From a virus: a stretch of DNA of 64,000 bases. The stretch lies in IMG/VR virus record IMGVR_UViG_3300046170_000301; one strand, given 5' to 3'. Under the pieces are notes generated by a model that was not told the origin of the DNA, did no database searches, and worked only from the letters and a program-made list of their open reading frames with translations. The position numbers were made by a program, and so were the translations under genes. Positions 48,891-59,267 of this stretch are shown piece after piece; within the stretch, counting starts at the first letter, position 1, and every line of letters begins with the position of its first letter.

Positions 48891-49772
48891 TTACTTTTTT
48901 TCCTCTTCAATCTCCTTACGAAGTTCTGCTTCCTCTTTCATTTTTTTCTTCTTAGAAATAATCTTGGAAACTTTCTTACGACGATTTAGAAGATACTTAT
49001 CGGACTTATCGTGGTCACCATCATTGTCAATATCCTTATCTTCTTTCCCTACTGGGTCAAGTGCTTCATTGGTCTTTTTCTTTTCTGGAAGACCTTTATG
49101 CTTAGTAGAAGCAAACTTCTCTGCTTCCTTTCCAGTCATTGACTTAGCAGCTTTATCAACTTCTTTAGAACCACCTCTCATTTCGCCTTTCTTTTTAGCG
49201 TGAACCATTCCCATGAAGCGTTGTTGTGCTTTACTTACTGACTTCTCTTGAAGTTCTTCGCCATCATGCTCGACTTCATCACCAGCTTTCACACAGTTAT
49301 CAACTCTCTTACCACCTTTTATCTTGGTTCCCATTTGCTTGTATCCTTTCCAACAAGCTTTACCATCTAAACCTTTCTTCTTGTCTGCTTCAAATACATA
49401 AGTGAAACCATCAAGTTCAAACTCGTAGGTTTCTTTCTTCATATCCTTATCTTTCTTCTCACAGCGGGAGCACCCCTTCCCGCCGCAGTAAGAGCAGGTA
49501 TCACACGACTCCTTCGTAACCAGTTTCGTGGTGTCCTTAATCTCTGCTCCGTGTGATTGTTTAATACCAGAACCAGTCCGTAAATCAACAGCAGGGTCAG
49601 GAGATGAAGCGTTTGCTTTTGGGTCTTTTTTGGAAGTGTCATCTTGCTTCTTTTTAGACTTGTCTAGCGTAGGAATACCCTCTTCGCCTAAACGTTTTAC
49701 AGTTCCTTCAATGAGTGCTTTTGAGAACTCGTCATTATAATGAACAGAGTTTACTGGTTTCTGTTTTTCCAT
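48891..49772 (-). CDS. Lys/Glu-rich putative internal head/prohead core protein
   Basis: Mosaic of motifs: [11 protein letters not shown]...[18 protein letters not shown]...[26 protein letters not shown], and a Cys cluster. Confidence 0.65.
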   Translation of the reverse strand: MEKQKPVNSVHYNDEFSKALIEGTVKRLGEEGIPTLDKSKKKQDDTSKKDPKANASSPDPAVDLRTGSGIKQSHGAEIKDTTKLVTKESCDTCSYCGGKGCSRCEKKDKDMKKETYEFELDGFTYVFEADKKKGLDGKACWKGYKQMGTKIKGGKRVDNCVKAGDEVEHDGEELQEKSVSKAQQRFMGMVHAKKKGEMRGGSKEVDKAAKSMTGKEAEKFASTKHKGLPEKKKTNEALDPVGKEDKDIDNDGDHDKSDKYLLNRRKKVSKIISKKKKMKEEAELRKEIEEEKK

Positions 49773-49798
49773 TATTGTTAATAATACTTTTGCTTTTT

Positions 49799-50020
49799 CT
49801 ATTTAGTATTATTAACATTTATCTCACGTAAATCAGTTACCCAGGCACGAAACATTTCTCCCTTTTCTGTAACGGCAATTACATAGTTAACACCAGGACG
49901 AATAATCTTTCCCTTTTGTTTTGTGTTAACATCTAAAACAACATCGCCTTCTTGAAATATTTCTTTTCTAATATATCTTTCTTTAGTTGCTTCCTTTCTG
50001 AATTGCCTGAAATCTTTCAT
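49799..50020 (-). CDS. Hypothetical SH3-like protein
   Basis: [13 protein letters not shown]...[21 protein letters not shown]. Confidence 0.6.
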   Translation of the reverse strand: MKDFRQFRKEATKERYIRKEIFQEGDVVLDVNTKQKGKIIRPGVNYVIAVTEKGEMFRAWVTDLREINVNNTK

Positions 50021-50052
50021 TAACCTTATTTTAATATAAGGTATTTATTCAA

Positions 50053-50139
50053 CGGAGAGTAGGCGAATCGAACGCCTAAGGGCTTTAACACCTCGACGCT
50101 TTTCAAGAGCGTTTCCGTCGCCAATCGGATTGTCCCTCT
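50053..50139 (-). tRNA. tRNA-Ser(UGA) with a replaced 5' half
   Basis: ACGCT-CTTGAAA-AGCGT arm, long variable arm, TAGGC-GTTCGATTC-GCCTA; acceptor AGAGGGA/ACTCTCC mismatched at both ends. Confidence 0.75.
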
Positions 50140-50526
50140 TTATAATTTATCTCTATATGGTTCATATTTTTTACCAAGAGATAGAGTAGATTTAGATTGA
50201 ACTTCTGTAGTTGGAATAAAATATATATCTCCTAACTCAGTTACTACAAGTAAATAATCACAGGAATTATTATCAAATTTGTGAATTGTATTGCCAGAAC
50301 GATTAGCTCTAATAGACCTAAGTTGGACACAATAGTTAGAATTTTGCAAGGTCCTTGTAGATTTTACTTGAACTTTTTTTAAATTGCCATCAACTTCACA
50401 AACTAAATCATAACTTTGATTATCAACCAAAGGAACTGAAACATTATAACCTTTTTTAGTTAGAAAAGCAATAGCGTAAGATAATCCTACAGTTCCTTGA
50501 GATACTGGAGTGAGATTGGCGAACAT
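50140..50526 (-). CDS. Free-standing PD-(D/E)XK homing endonuclease (I-Ssp6803I-like, group-I-intron-associated family)
   Basis: GYNVSVPLVDNQSYDLV...KVQVKS...CDYLLV...IYFIP pattern; TATAAATA at 50551-50558. Confidence 0.8.
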   Translation of the reverse strand: MFANLTPVSQGTVGLSYAIAFLTKKGYNVSVPLVDNQSYDLVCEVDGNLKKVQVKSTRTLQNSNYCVQLRSIRANRSGNTIHKFDNNSCDYLLVVTELGDIYFIPTTEVQSKSTLSLGKKYEPYRDKL

Positions 50527-50557
50527 ATAATACCTGTATATTATACAGTTTATTTAT

Positions 50558-50589
50558 ACAGGTTCCGTCGCCAATCGGCTTGACTCTCC
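50558..50589 (-). pseudogene. Orphan 5' half of tRNA-Ser
   Basis: GGAGAGTCAAGCCGATTGGCGACGGAACCTGT; GGAGAGT is the perfect partner of ACTCTCC at 50054-50060. Confidence 0.8.
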
Positions 50590-50615
50590 AAAAAATGGAG
50601 CAATGCTTCAACGTA

Positions 50616-50936
50616 TTATTTATTTTTTATGTCTTTAACTTGTTTAGAACTCCAAACAGCAAAAGCAATGACTGCAAAATAAAATAAATAATCGTCAATC
50701 ATTACTAGAAAAAAAAATAAAGAACCACCATAACGAATGTATTCTGGAACTGGAAGTTTTTTAAAAAACCAACGAATTTGTTTTTCAAATACAAAATACA
50801 ATAGTGCTAATGCTGTTACTACAAATTCACTATAAGGAACAACAAAATACAATGAGATAATTACAAAGATTGTGAAGTAATGTCTCTCTGGTATTTTTGA
50901 AATTAAAGAGACATACTTCTTAATTAATTTTTTCAA
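50616..50936 (-). CDS. Hypothetical membrane protein
   Basis: Several hydrophobic helices. Confidence 0.6.
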   Translation of the reverse strand: MKKLIKKYVSLISKIPERHYFTIFVIISLYFVVPYSEFVVTALALLYFVFEKQIRWFFKKLPVPEYIRYGGSLFFFLVMIDDYLFYFAVIAFAVWSSKQVKDIKNK

Positions 50937-51347
50937 TTAACGGTCATCCTTCGCACGATTCTCGGAATAGTATACATCAAAATCACCACCAGGATAGCGC
51001 TTCATAAGTTTTTTAACATTACCTTCAATGACTTCATCAAAAGAAACATTAAGAGCAACACACGCTTGAGCAACATACCACATCACATCACCAAGTTCAA
51101 TAATAAGGTGTTCCCGATTATCATCATTCCAAGGCTTACCCTGAAAAATCATTTTCTTGATAATCTCAAGAAACTCTCCACCTTCAGCATTGATACCAAC
51201 ACCAGCAGTAAGAAGACGTTCAATGTTAGCACCTTTACCGTCAAGTTCTACCATCCTATCAGACAGTGCTACGAAATCTTTAGAGGCATCACTAGTCACA
51301 GCATCAACGAACTCTTGATACCGTTCAAAATCTACATGTTCTGTCAT
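50937..51347 (-). CDS. mazG: MazG-like nucleotide pyrophosphohydrolase
   Basis: AEGGEFLEIIKK...ELGDVMWY...KLMKRYPGG. Confidence 0.92.
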   Translation of the reverse strand: MTEHVDFERYQEFVDAVTSDASKDFVALSDRMVELDGKGANIERLLTAGVGINAEGGEFLEIIKKMIFQGKPWNDDNREHLIIELGDVMWYVAQACVALNVSFDEVIEGNVKKLMKRYPGGDFDVYYSENRAKDDR

Positions 51348-51349
51348 AG

Positions 51350-52744
51350 TTAGATAATAAATTGGGAAAATTTGTTTAATCGTTTTTGCCTTTCGGAAAC
51401 TTCCTCCAGGACTTCAAAGGTTTCTTCTGGTGCTTCTGTAACCAATTCAGCACCTTCCGAATCCTCTACATTATACAGCTTCATCTTTGCCCTGTCAATG
51501 CCCACAGTAAATCTCTTGTGGAAGATGGTATCGTTATATCGGTTCTTGAGCTGTTTGACCATGATACGACCAGACTGTTCAAGTTCCTCAGTAGCGATAA
51601 GAGCAAACATAAAGTCAGCAGTAGCGGGAAGACCAAAAGACTCAGAAGTGTCGGTAAGGTCAACGTCACTATTGCCAAAACCACTCCTAGTTGTTTGAGT
51701 TGCTGAAACAATAGGAATGTCGTTTTCAACAGCAAGACCTCTAAGTTCTTCAGCAATTGCTTTAACATAGCTGTAGGAGTTTACAACGTGACCTTTGTAT
51801 CTAGAAGAAGCACAGATGTTTAGATAATCAATAAAGATAATATCTGGTCTAAAATCTTTCTTCAAACTAAGGTCACTCAGCAATGCTTTAAAATGTTCAG
51901 CATGTGCTGCTGCCGTTGGATACTCTTTGATGATAAGTTTACCTTGAGTTTTCCTACCAATCTCTTTAACTCTTGAAGTAAAGATTGTTTCTGGAATTGA
52001 ATTAATATCTTTAATATTAACATTAAGAAGATTAGCATCAATCCTTTCAGCAATCTTTTCTTCCGACATCTCAAGTGTAATGTAAAGAACATTTTTTCCT
52101 TGAGATATACAAAAAGCAGCACAATGACACATGAAAAGAGATTTGCCAACACCAGTTCCAGCAAGAGCAACATTAAGAGTTTTGTTTGGCAAACCACCTT
52201 TAGTAATCAAATTAAACTTTTCCAAATCAAATGGAATCTTTGATTCTTCTTTGTGGTAATACTCGTAACGTTGTTCTACATTATCAACATAATCGTGACC
52301 TATGTATTCATCGAACGATACTGCCAGGGCCTCTTGTAATATCGAGGGGATAGCACCTCTCGATATTTTTTCATCGCCTTCTCCATCTGCGATTTTGATA
52401 GATTGGAGTAGGGCATTATAGATTGCTCTGTCTTTACACCACTTCTCTGTGCTGTTAACAAGCCAATCTTTGTCAATCCACTCTTCAGTGAACTCTTGGA
52501 TTTTCTTAGCGCCTTCTTTATATACGTCTTCAGTAAGGTCATTTCTTTCTTGTAAAGATAAAATCAAAACTTCCTTTGTTGGAAGTTTATCGTATTTTGT
52601 AGAGAAGTCCTGTATTTCTTCGTACAGGACTCGTTCGGTATAATCCTGAAAATATTCAGGTTTAAGAAAAGGAACTACCTTTCTATAATATTCCTCATTA
52701 CATAAAAGATTTCTAAGTATTGTTGTTTCAATCTTCTCCTTCAT
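51350..52744 (-). CDS. gp41: Replicative DNA helicase gp41
   Basis: [32 protein letters not shown] and KQLKNRY motifs. Confidence 0.95.
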   Translation of the reverse strand: MKEKIETTILRNLLCNEEYYRKVVPFLKPEYFQDYTERVLYEEIQDFSTKYDKLPTKEVLILSLQERNDLTEDVYKEGAKKIQEFTEEWIDKDWLVNSTEKWCKDRAIYNALLQSIKIADGEGDEKISRGAIPSILQEALAVSFDEYIGHDYVDNVEQRYEYYHKEESKIPFDLEKFNLITKGGLPNKTLNVALAGTGVGKSLFMCHCAAFCISQGKNVLYITLEMSEEKIAERIDANLLNVNIKDINSIPETIFTSRVKEIGRKTQGKLIIKEYPTAAAHAEHFKALLSDLSLKKDFRPDIIFIDYLNICASSRYKGHVVNSYSYVKAIAEELRGLAVENDIPIVSATQTTRSGFGNSDVDLTDTSESFGLPATADFMFALIATEELEQSGRIMVKQLKNRYNDTIFHKRFTVGIDRAKMKLYNVEDSEGAELVTEAPEETFEVLEEVSERQKRLNKFSQFII

Positions 52745-53760
52745 CTACTGCTCCGTAAAGAAATTCTCTTTTTACTTGTTTTTCTAACTGATTCACAATA
52801 TCTTCAGTAAAATATTTTTCAGGATTTTTTAGGATTTCTTTGCCGTAAATCTTTTTACCATCAACTTCATACCTTCCCGCGGCGACTTTCCATATCTTAG
52901 CACGTTCTGCCAGTTCCAGCAACCCATAATACTTCTCAAGTCCACGGGTGTCGAAGAACAATCTGACTTCTGCTTTGGAACCTTCACGGGTCAAACGGGA
53001 CTTCTTCGCCTCACATTTAATAATGTTTCCGACCAAATCGGTTCCGTCCTTTTCTTTCTTTTTAGATAAGAAGATAATAGTGGAAGCAGAATACTTAAGA
53101 CCACTACCACCACCCATTTCTTTTGTAGGGTGATAAGCGCCGATGACATCATAGGTGTGGTTGGTAACAATCATAGGTATGTTAGCTTTACCAAGTTTCA
53201 ACGTCAAGATTCTGAAAACAGATTTAACAAGTTGAGCTTTAGTCATGTCACGAACGTTTTTATCATTAGAAGCATCTTCAACTTCTTTGTTCGTAGCAAG
53301 CATACCAAGGGAATCGAGAACAAACATAAGAGGTTTTCTTTCCTCTTTTGGTGTCTCCATATACTTATCTATAATACGAACTGATTGTGTTCTGAACTCT
53401 TCAATCGTAGCAACTGGAAAGATAATCATTCGTTTTGAATCAATGCCACGACTTTCAATCATCTTCTTACTGATGGCAGATTCAGTTTCAAAATAAATTA
53501 CTCCCCCCCTCTGGATTAGCATTGAGGAAGCTACGAACAACACTAAGACAGAAAAAAGTTTTACCAGTTCCAGATTCTCCAGCGAGAGCTGTGATTTTAT
53601 TGGATGGAATTCCACCATACAAACTACCACTAACGATAGCATTGAACATATAACTTCCAGTATCAACAAAAGATTCCACATCTCCAGCAGAAATGCCATC
53701 AGATACGAACGAGGCAAACTCATTTTTACTCTCTTTAATTACTTGTGATAGAAATTCCAT
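52728..53760 (-). CDS. uvsX: RecA-like recombinase UvsX, with one extra G in a homopolymer near 53503-53509
   Basis: DTGSY...GESGTGKT in one frame; DSLGML, DMTKAQ and MGGGSGLKY in another. Confidence 0.9.
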
Positions 53761-53765
53761 AGTTG

Positions 53766-56258
53766 TTATAAGAAACTTAATATTGATATTTTTTTCTCGA
53801 TATCCCATCCGATACATTCTAAGACATTTTTGAGTGGGCCATAAAATGACTTCTCAAACTGTGTCTTATAGTCCACATACTTATCGAGTTTGAATTCTTT
53901 TGGCAATGTGCCGAAGAATGAGATTACATTCTCTTGGAATGGATTAGGGGTTTTGAGGTAGATAAACTTAATTTTCTCTCCTTCTTGGATAAGAGCGTAC
54001 TTATGAGTAAGTCCAAGACCCCGAATGTAGTAATTATACAGTAATGCACCTCGGACATGAATAGGTGTGCCCTTCTGATAAATGTATGTATTACTTTTAT
54101 ACTTGTCGAGACAATTAACACCTCTGGGGAAAGAAATATCCAAGTAATCTTGGAGTTTAGTTTCTTCTCTAACTTTACCAATGTATTCAATCACATCTTC
54201 GTTTGTCTGATTGATAATAATTGTATAAGCTTCAAGAAGTTTGTTCTTAAAAAATGCTGGAGTAGATGACCTTGCCGTTTCCATACCACAGATTTTCATC
54301 TTTGGTTCGTGGTAACGAACTCCTTCGCTATCCCAGACATTCAATATATATCTCTTCTTGGCAGTCCAAATACCTTTTGAAGCAATATTCTCTCGCTTCA
54401 TTTTCATCTTTTGGTCATAAGCATTGACATAATCTGCCAGTTCTTGGTAGGACTTTTCAATATAGTTCTCGATTTCAGATGAACATATCTTGTCAAGAAA
54501 GTTAACAATTTTTTCTTCTGTTACATCTTTACCACCAAAAATTTTATCTACAAGAGGACCAAGATTGAGATACAATGAATCTGTATCGGAAGCAACAACA
54601 TAATCTGTATCACCAGTTTTAAGTATGTTATTAATATACTTATTCATCTTATTAGCAATCCATCGAATAGAAAGCTGACCAGATGTTGTAATTGCTTCAG
54701 CAATTTCTAACTTATAGTATCGAAAATGCTCATTGCCAATAGCACCATAAGCTGAGTTGAGTTGAATCTTTCTTGCCATCTGAATATTATTACAGCGAGC
54801 AATCTCTTTCTTCAACTCTGTTGTTGGGGTTTCTTCATACTGCTTCTTGGCAGCAATCATTTTCTTTTTGTATACCACACGTTCTTTATAGATTTTTTCC
54901 ATCAACTTAGGAAGAAATCCTTGCTTAGTGGTATCATAAAATGTTCCATTAGCACAAAGAGTTTGACCACGAAGGTCTGAAAGGTTTTCTTTTTTATTAA
55001 GAAGCCTCTCAATATTTGCTGATGGATGTTTGTGGTCAAGCAACGTCTCGGGTGAGAGATTGTATTGCATGATTAAATGTGGGTATAGGGAGTTCAAATC
55101 AAAAGATACTACCCAATTATACATACCAGGAATAGGTTCTTTTACATATGCTCCAGAATATTTGTTATCTTTACGACTTTCTTTCTTGGGTGGAATAGCG
55201 ATTTTTTGTTTTGCCAGATAGACGTAAATGATATTATCCCACATACGCACCTGAGAATAAACATCTTCATAGTTTACCTTAGCGTCGTATGCCATAGTGA
55301 TGGCAAGTTCAATAAGTTTCATCTTGTCATCTAACTGGTCAACCAATCGAACGTCGATAATATTATATTCTACAAATTTCTGCCAATCATTTGTATAGAA
55401 ATCTTTAAATGTATCATGCTCGCTATGGTCCAATTTCTGTGACCCAAGTTCAACAAAAGCAATATGATCCAAACGATATGATTCTTGATTTGTGTAAGTA
55501 AACTTACGATACAATTCAAGATAATCCAAGATGGCAATACCCATAATGTCATAAGCAATATTCTTACGACCTTTGATATAGATTTCTCTGCTGAGAATTT
55601 TCTTCCATGGAGATAGCATTTCTGCTTCTTTAGTTCCAATCACTCTTTCAATACGCCGAAAAATATAAGGCATATCGAATAGTTGAACGTTCCATCCAGT
55701 AATAACATCAGGGAAGTTTTCCATCCACCAGTGAATGAAAGCTTTGAGCATTCCAATCTCTGTGTTGAAGTGCATGTAATGAACATCATCATGTTTGTTA
55801 TCAAACGGACGAGTTCCAAAAACAGTGATAGTGTTCATGTAACTATCCTTGACGCTGATAAGAAGGATTTCCTGGTCGGCAGATTCGATATCAGGAAATC
55901 CATTCTCAGCACCAGTTTCAATATCAAGAGTAAAAATTCTGATTTTGTTTTTATCAAACTTGATTTCATCTTCAGGATACTCTTCAAAAATATACTGACT
56001 CGGATATCTGGTTTGACCACAGATTTCAAAATCTTCTAACTCTCCATGCTCTTCAACAGCTTTTTTGGCATCACGAATTGTTCCCTGTTTTACTGGACGA
56101 ACATATCTACCATCAAGTGTTTTCCAATCAGTTGATTTTGCCGAAGGCAAATACAGTGTAGGATTAAATTTAACTTTGTCTTTAAAAGGAAGACCATTTT
56201 CGTAACCACGAACAAGAACGTTTTTTCCAGATTGTTCAACACTTGTGTAAAACTTCAT
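53766..56258 (-). CDS. gp43: Family B DNA polymerase gp43
   Basis: DIET exonuclease motif, [23 protein letters not shown] and KKRY. Confidence 0.97.
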   Translation of the reverse strand: MKFYTSVEQSGKNVLVRGYENGLPFKDKVKFNPTLYLPSAKSTDWKTLDGRYVRPVKQGTIRDAKKAVEEHGELEDFEICGQTRYPSQYIFEEYPEDEIKFDKNKIRIFTLDIETGAENGFPDIESADQEILLISVKDSYMNTITVFGTRPFDNKHDDVHYMHFNTEIGMLKAFIHWWMENFPDVITGWNVQLFDMPYIFRRIERVIGTKEAEMLSPWKKILSREIYIKGRKNIAYDIMGIAILDYLELYRKFTYTNQESYRLDHIAFVELGSQKLDHSEHDTFKDFYTNDWQKFVEYNIIDVRLVDQLDDKMKLIELAITMAYDAKVNYEDVYSQVRMWDNIIYVYLAKQKIAIPPKKESRKDNKYSGAYVKEPIPGMYNWVVSFDLNSLYPHLIMQYNLSPETLLDHKHPSANIERLLNKKENLSDLRGQTLCANGTFYDTTKQGFLPKLMEKIYKERVVYKKKMIAAKKQYEETPTTELKKEIARCNNIQMARKIQLNSAYGAIGNEHFRYYKLEIAEAITTSGQLSIRWIANKMNKYINNILKTGDTDYVVASDTDSLYLNLGPLVDKIFGGKDVTEEKIVNFLDKICSSEIENYIEKSYQELADYVNAYDQKMKMKRENIASKGIWTAKKRYILNVWDSEGVRYHEPKMKICGMETARSSTPAFFKNKLLEAYTIIINQTNEDVIEYIGKVREETKLQDYLDISFPRGVNCLDKYKSNTYIYQKGTPIHVRGALLYNYYIRGLGLTHKYALIQEGEKIKFIYLKTPNPFQENVISFFGTLPKEFKLDKYVDYKTQFEKSFYGPLKNVLECIGWDIEKKISILSFL

Positions 56259-56539
56259 TCGTCAATTTCAATAAATTCATCATCAGGTTCTTGCTCTTCA
56301 TTGATAAGTGTCGTGTATTGAGCAAGAATAAAAGTATTAGGTTCGGCAATAACACTAATGTTTGCTGACCTAACTATAAGTTCCTTATCAGAAGAGTGCT
56401 CTGGGAAAGGACCCATACAGGTCCCTTCAATCTCATGTGGATATTTTAGCACACAGTCTGGTTCTCCAAACTCGGCATCTGGGATTTCTTCAACGTCCGA
56501 AATTAACCAGTGCCCATCAAACTTAATCAGTTTTATCAT
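56255..56539 (-). CDS. Hypothetical Sm-like protein
   Basis: GEPDCVLKYP motif; usual gene upstream of gp43. Confidence 0.65.
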   Translation of the reverse strand: MIKLIKFDGHWLISDVEEIPDAEFGEPDCVLKYPHEIEGTCMGPFPEHSSDKELIVRSANISVIAEPNTFILAQYTTLINEEQEPDDEFIEIDE

Positions 56540-56916
56540 ACTACTTCTGGGTTAACTACTTTGTCAATTTCTTCTTGTTGTTGTTTGACATTTTCTGTTT
56601 CGTTTGCCTGCTTTACTTGCTCAACCTTTGCAACATATGCTTGATCAAGTCCAGCATCTGGAGTTCCAATAGCAACAAAAGAATCGTAGGGAATCCTAAA
56701 TTGAGAATCAATTGCATAAGGACACCAGCGACTGAACTTTACTTGAAGGTCTTGTTGTGGGTTATCCTGATTGTTTAGTTGAACAAGTTCCAAAACATAG
56801 GGGTGAATCATGACTAGACATACGCCTTTCTTGTCTTCACCTTCTCCATCATAAGCTTCTTTGAGTTCGCAAATAATCTGTTCTCCAGATTTTAGAATTA
56901 CAATAGACGAGTTCAT
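56536..56916 (-). CDS. Hypothetical Sm-like protein
   Basis: Start MNSSIVILKSGEQIICELKE after a GGAGG SD. Confidence 0.65.
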   Translation of the reverse strand: MNSSIVILKSGEQIICELKEAYDGEGEDKKGVCLVMIHPYVLELVQLNNQDNPQQDLQVKFSRWCPYAIDSQFRIPYDSFVAIGTPDAGLDQAYVAKVEQVKQANETENVKQQQEEIDKVVNPEVV

Positions 56917-57018
56917 AAATCCTCCAATGGGTTTTTCTAGTATAGCACAAAAAAGAAAAGGGGGCAAGTGCTGATTCTGACCAGCACTGCCCCAGCGGCG
57001 ACGATACAATTATATTTA

Positions 57019-57450
57019 TTATTCAGTCAGAAGCATAGATGATGTAATTTCATATAGTTTTTTACGTTGATGTTCTGGAATTACCTTATCCAGTTTAATA
57101 GTTAAAAGTCCATCCTCAAAGTTTATAGAGGATACTCTAAGCTCTTCTCCCAGTTGGAAGGTGCGGGAGAAAGACCGCTTGGATAATCCTTGATGGATGT
57201 AGCTTCTTTCAGTATTTGGTTTCGTAATTTTGCTGGTAACTGAGAGAACGTTTTGTTCTGTAGATACTTCAATCTCATCCTTTTTAAATCCTGCCAAAGC
57301 AATTTCAATTGTGTAGTTACCATCTTTATCTTTAAATGTATTGTAAGGTGGATAATTGACGTTGTGTCCAGTCATAGAATCCAACCTGTTGAATACATCA
57401 TCAAGACCAAGAGCAAATGGTTCATATGATTTGAAAGTGGTTGTCCACAT
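57019..57450 (-). CDS. hsp20: Small heat-shock protein
   Basis: NYPPYN, IEIALAGF, HQGLSKRSF and FEDGLLTI motifs; start MWTTTFK. Confidence 0.92.
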   Translation of the reverse strand: MWTTTFKSYEPFALGLDDVFNRLDSMTGHNVNYPPYNTFKDKDGNYTIEIALAGFKKDEIEVSTEQNVLSVTSKITKPNTERSYIHQGLSKRSFSRTFQLGEELRVSSINFEDGLLTIKLDKVIPEHQRKKLYEITSSMLLTE

Positions 57451-57552
57451 AATTTTTTTCCTTTTAAAGCGAGTGTATTGTATGAACCCCGAAGGCATTC
57501 ATACAATAATTATAACACTTTTAAGAAAAAACGGGAGTGTGGACTCCCGTAA

Positions 57553-57681
57553 TCATTGTTCGGTCATTAACACAGTGTATCCTTGATTACGATACCAGTC
57601 GAGATGTTTTTTGCCCCAGAGTATTTCTTTCCAGACAGTCTCTTTCTGTGGTGTTAAAAATTGAACTTTAATTTTTTTCAT
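57553..57681 (-). CDS. Hypothetical protein (42 aa)
   Basis: MKKIKVQFLTPQKETVWKEILWGKKHLDWYRNQGYTVLMTEQ*; ATGA overlap with regA. Confidence 0.5.
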   Translation of the reverse strand: MKKIKVQFLTPQKETVWKEILWGKKHLDWYRNQGYTVLMTEQ

Positions 57682-58103
57682 GCCTCAGTTTTTTTTCTTC
57701 CAATGTTATATTTACTTTCAAGATTCCACTCATCTTTTTCTTTGAAAGAAAGAACCTTGATTTGATTTAAAGGAGCAACATCTTCAATCTTTTCTTCATC
57801 CACAACTGTGATGAGACCCCAGTCATAAAGAAGTCGAGTGATTCTATTTCTTCTTTGAACATCATTGAGGGAAAGATTGGTTCTCTTACCATCAAGAGCA
57901 AATAGTTCTTTGAAATGAACAATGTAATATCTACCTTGTTTATGAAGAATGTGACAAGATTGATAAAGCTTTCGTTCCTTTCGTGATGCCACACCAATTC
58001 TTGTTAGAGTCTCACGAACTTTTAAAAAATCATCAGGTTGAGTTAAAGAAACTTCAACCATATCAGAAGGTTGCCAATTAATTTCAGGGTTTTCCATTGT
58101 CAT
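57678..58103 (-). CDS. regA: Translational repressor RegA
   Basis: DDFLKVRETLTRIGVASR...LYQSCHILHKQGRYYIVHFKELFALDG. Confidence 0.95.
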   Translation of the reverse strand: MTMENPEINWQPSDMVEVSLTQPDDFLKVRETLTRIGVASRKERKLYQSCHILHKQGRYYIVHFKELFALDGKRTNLSLNDVQRRNRITRLLYDWGLITVVDEEKIEDVAPLNQIKVLSFKEKDEWNLESKYNIGRKKTEA

Positions 58104-58489
58104 TTGTTATGTCCACCTTTATTTAACATTTTTTTTATATTTTCCAAATCACCATTCGTAAGGATTCTCAAGGCGGCTACAGCTTTATTGTGGTTGAAAC
58201 CATAATATTCTTTTACCAACTCAAGATTCTCAAGGGATTGTTTTTTTATCCAAGGAGAAAATCTCTTTCTCGGAGTCAAATTATTTATATAAAAATCATA
58301 TTGCATTTTCTTGTCAAGGTGCCCATTTTTATTCATCTCATTGGCATACAGAATAGTGTCAATAAAAGATGAGAAACACTTATTAACAATAAAAGGTGGA
58401 TATGCTTTAGTTGCTTCAGCATCACCATCCAAAAGATTTTTCTTTGATTGGTTAATGCTGAAAAGATAATCTTTCAGTTCTGGTTTCAT
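58100..58489 (-). CDS. gp62: Clamp loader small subunit gp62
   Basis: YPPFIVNKC...ANEMN...QYDFY...RKRFSPW. Confidence 0.9.
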   Translation of the reverse strand: MKPELKDYLFSINQSKKNLLDGDAEATKAYPPFIVNKCFSSFIDTILYANEMNKNGHLDKKMQYDFYINNLTPRKRFSPWIKKQSLENLELVKEYYGFNHNKAVAALRILTNGDLENIKKMLNKGGHNK

Positions 58490-58689
58490 AATGTTTTGAT
58501 TGGTCCTACAATTCCTTTTCCTGATTGATTGAGACGATATATTTCAGTTCTACCATTTTTAGTGGTAACAATAATCTCATCTCCTTGAAGCATAGCAGTT
58601 TCTACATTGTTCCCAAAAGTTTGAATAACTCCTTGAGACGCTGTAAATAATTGTGCTTTGCCATTCTTGGCACGAACAAATGTTCCCAT
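58486..58689 (-). CDS. Hypothetical protein
   Basis: 67 aa ORF coupled to gp62. Confidence 0.6.
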   Translation of the reverse strand: MGTFVRAKNGKAQLFTASQGVIQTFGNNVETAMLQGDEIIVTTKNGRTEIYRLNQSGKGIVGPIKTL

Positions 58690-58713
58690 TTTGGTAGTCT
58701 AATAGTTTCTTAG

Positions 58714-58878
58714 TTATCTATAATCAGCTGGATGATATTTTAAATATTCAAGAAATGTCATTTTTATTTCTTTATTTGTCATACCACAATGCTCAGCTGC
58801 TTTTGGTAGATTCATTGTAGCACGAAACAAACCTTCGTTTGCTTCCTTGACATTTTCTGGTGTTGTTTTTTTCTTCAT
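58714..58878 (-). CDS. Small HTH-like hypothetical protein (54 aa)
   Basis: MKKKTTPENVKEANEGLFRATMNLPKAAEHCGMTNKEIKMTFLEYLKYHPADYR*. Confidence 0.6.
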   Translation of the reverse strand: MKKKTTPENVKEANEGLFRATMNLPKAAEHCGMTNKEIKMTFLEYLKYHPADYR

Positions 58879-59267
58879 AGATATCTAACTTCATCAATGT
58901 ATCCAGCAGTTATTCCCGAGTTAATCATTGCTTCCGAATAACTTCCTAGTTTTGGTGGGACAGAAAAGTAAATAACATAATAAGAATCTGGTTGAAGATA
59001 TTTAAGAAGTGCTCCATTGCACAAAGCTTTTTTTACATTATCAGTTCTTTCTGCTCCTGGTCGCTTTTTATTTCCCGGCTTACCACCTTTTGCTTCGATA
59101 TATTCTATTCTATATGGATAGTCTGCTATAAAATCAAGCTCAATACCAAGTTTTTTTATGCAATAATCTTTTCCAATTATAATACCATTTTTACTTTTAA
59201 CATCAAGTTCTACTAAGTTTTCAAACTCATCTCCAGATTTTTTACTTTCAGATTGAAAATTAATCAT
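58875..59267 (-). CDS. PD-(D/E)XK-family nuclease
   Basis: GDEFE...ELDFI...IEAKGG...RTDNVKKA. Confidence 0.65.
   Translation of the reverse strand: MINFQSESKKSGDEFENLVELDVKSKNGIIIGKDYCIKKLGIELDFIADYPYRIEYIEAKGGKPGNKKRPGAERTDNVKKALCNGALLKYLQPDSYYVIYFSVPPKLGSYSEAMINSGITAGYIDEVRYL

Noticed and set aside
53488-53520. uvsX frameshift as phase variation
   Set aside because: Removing one G from the G7 run restores [12 protein letters not shown]; a typical homopolymer error.
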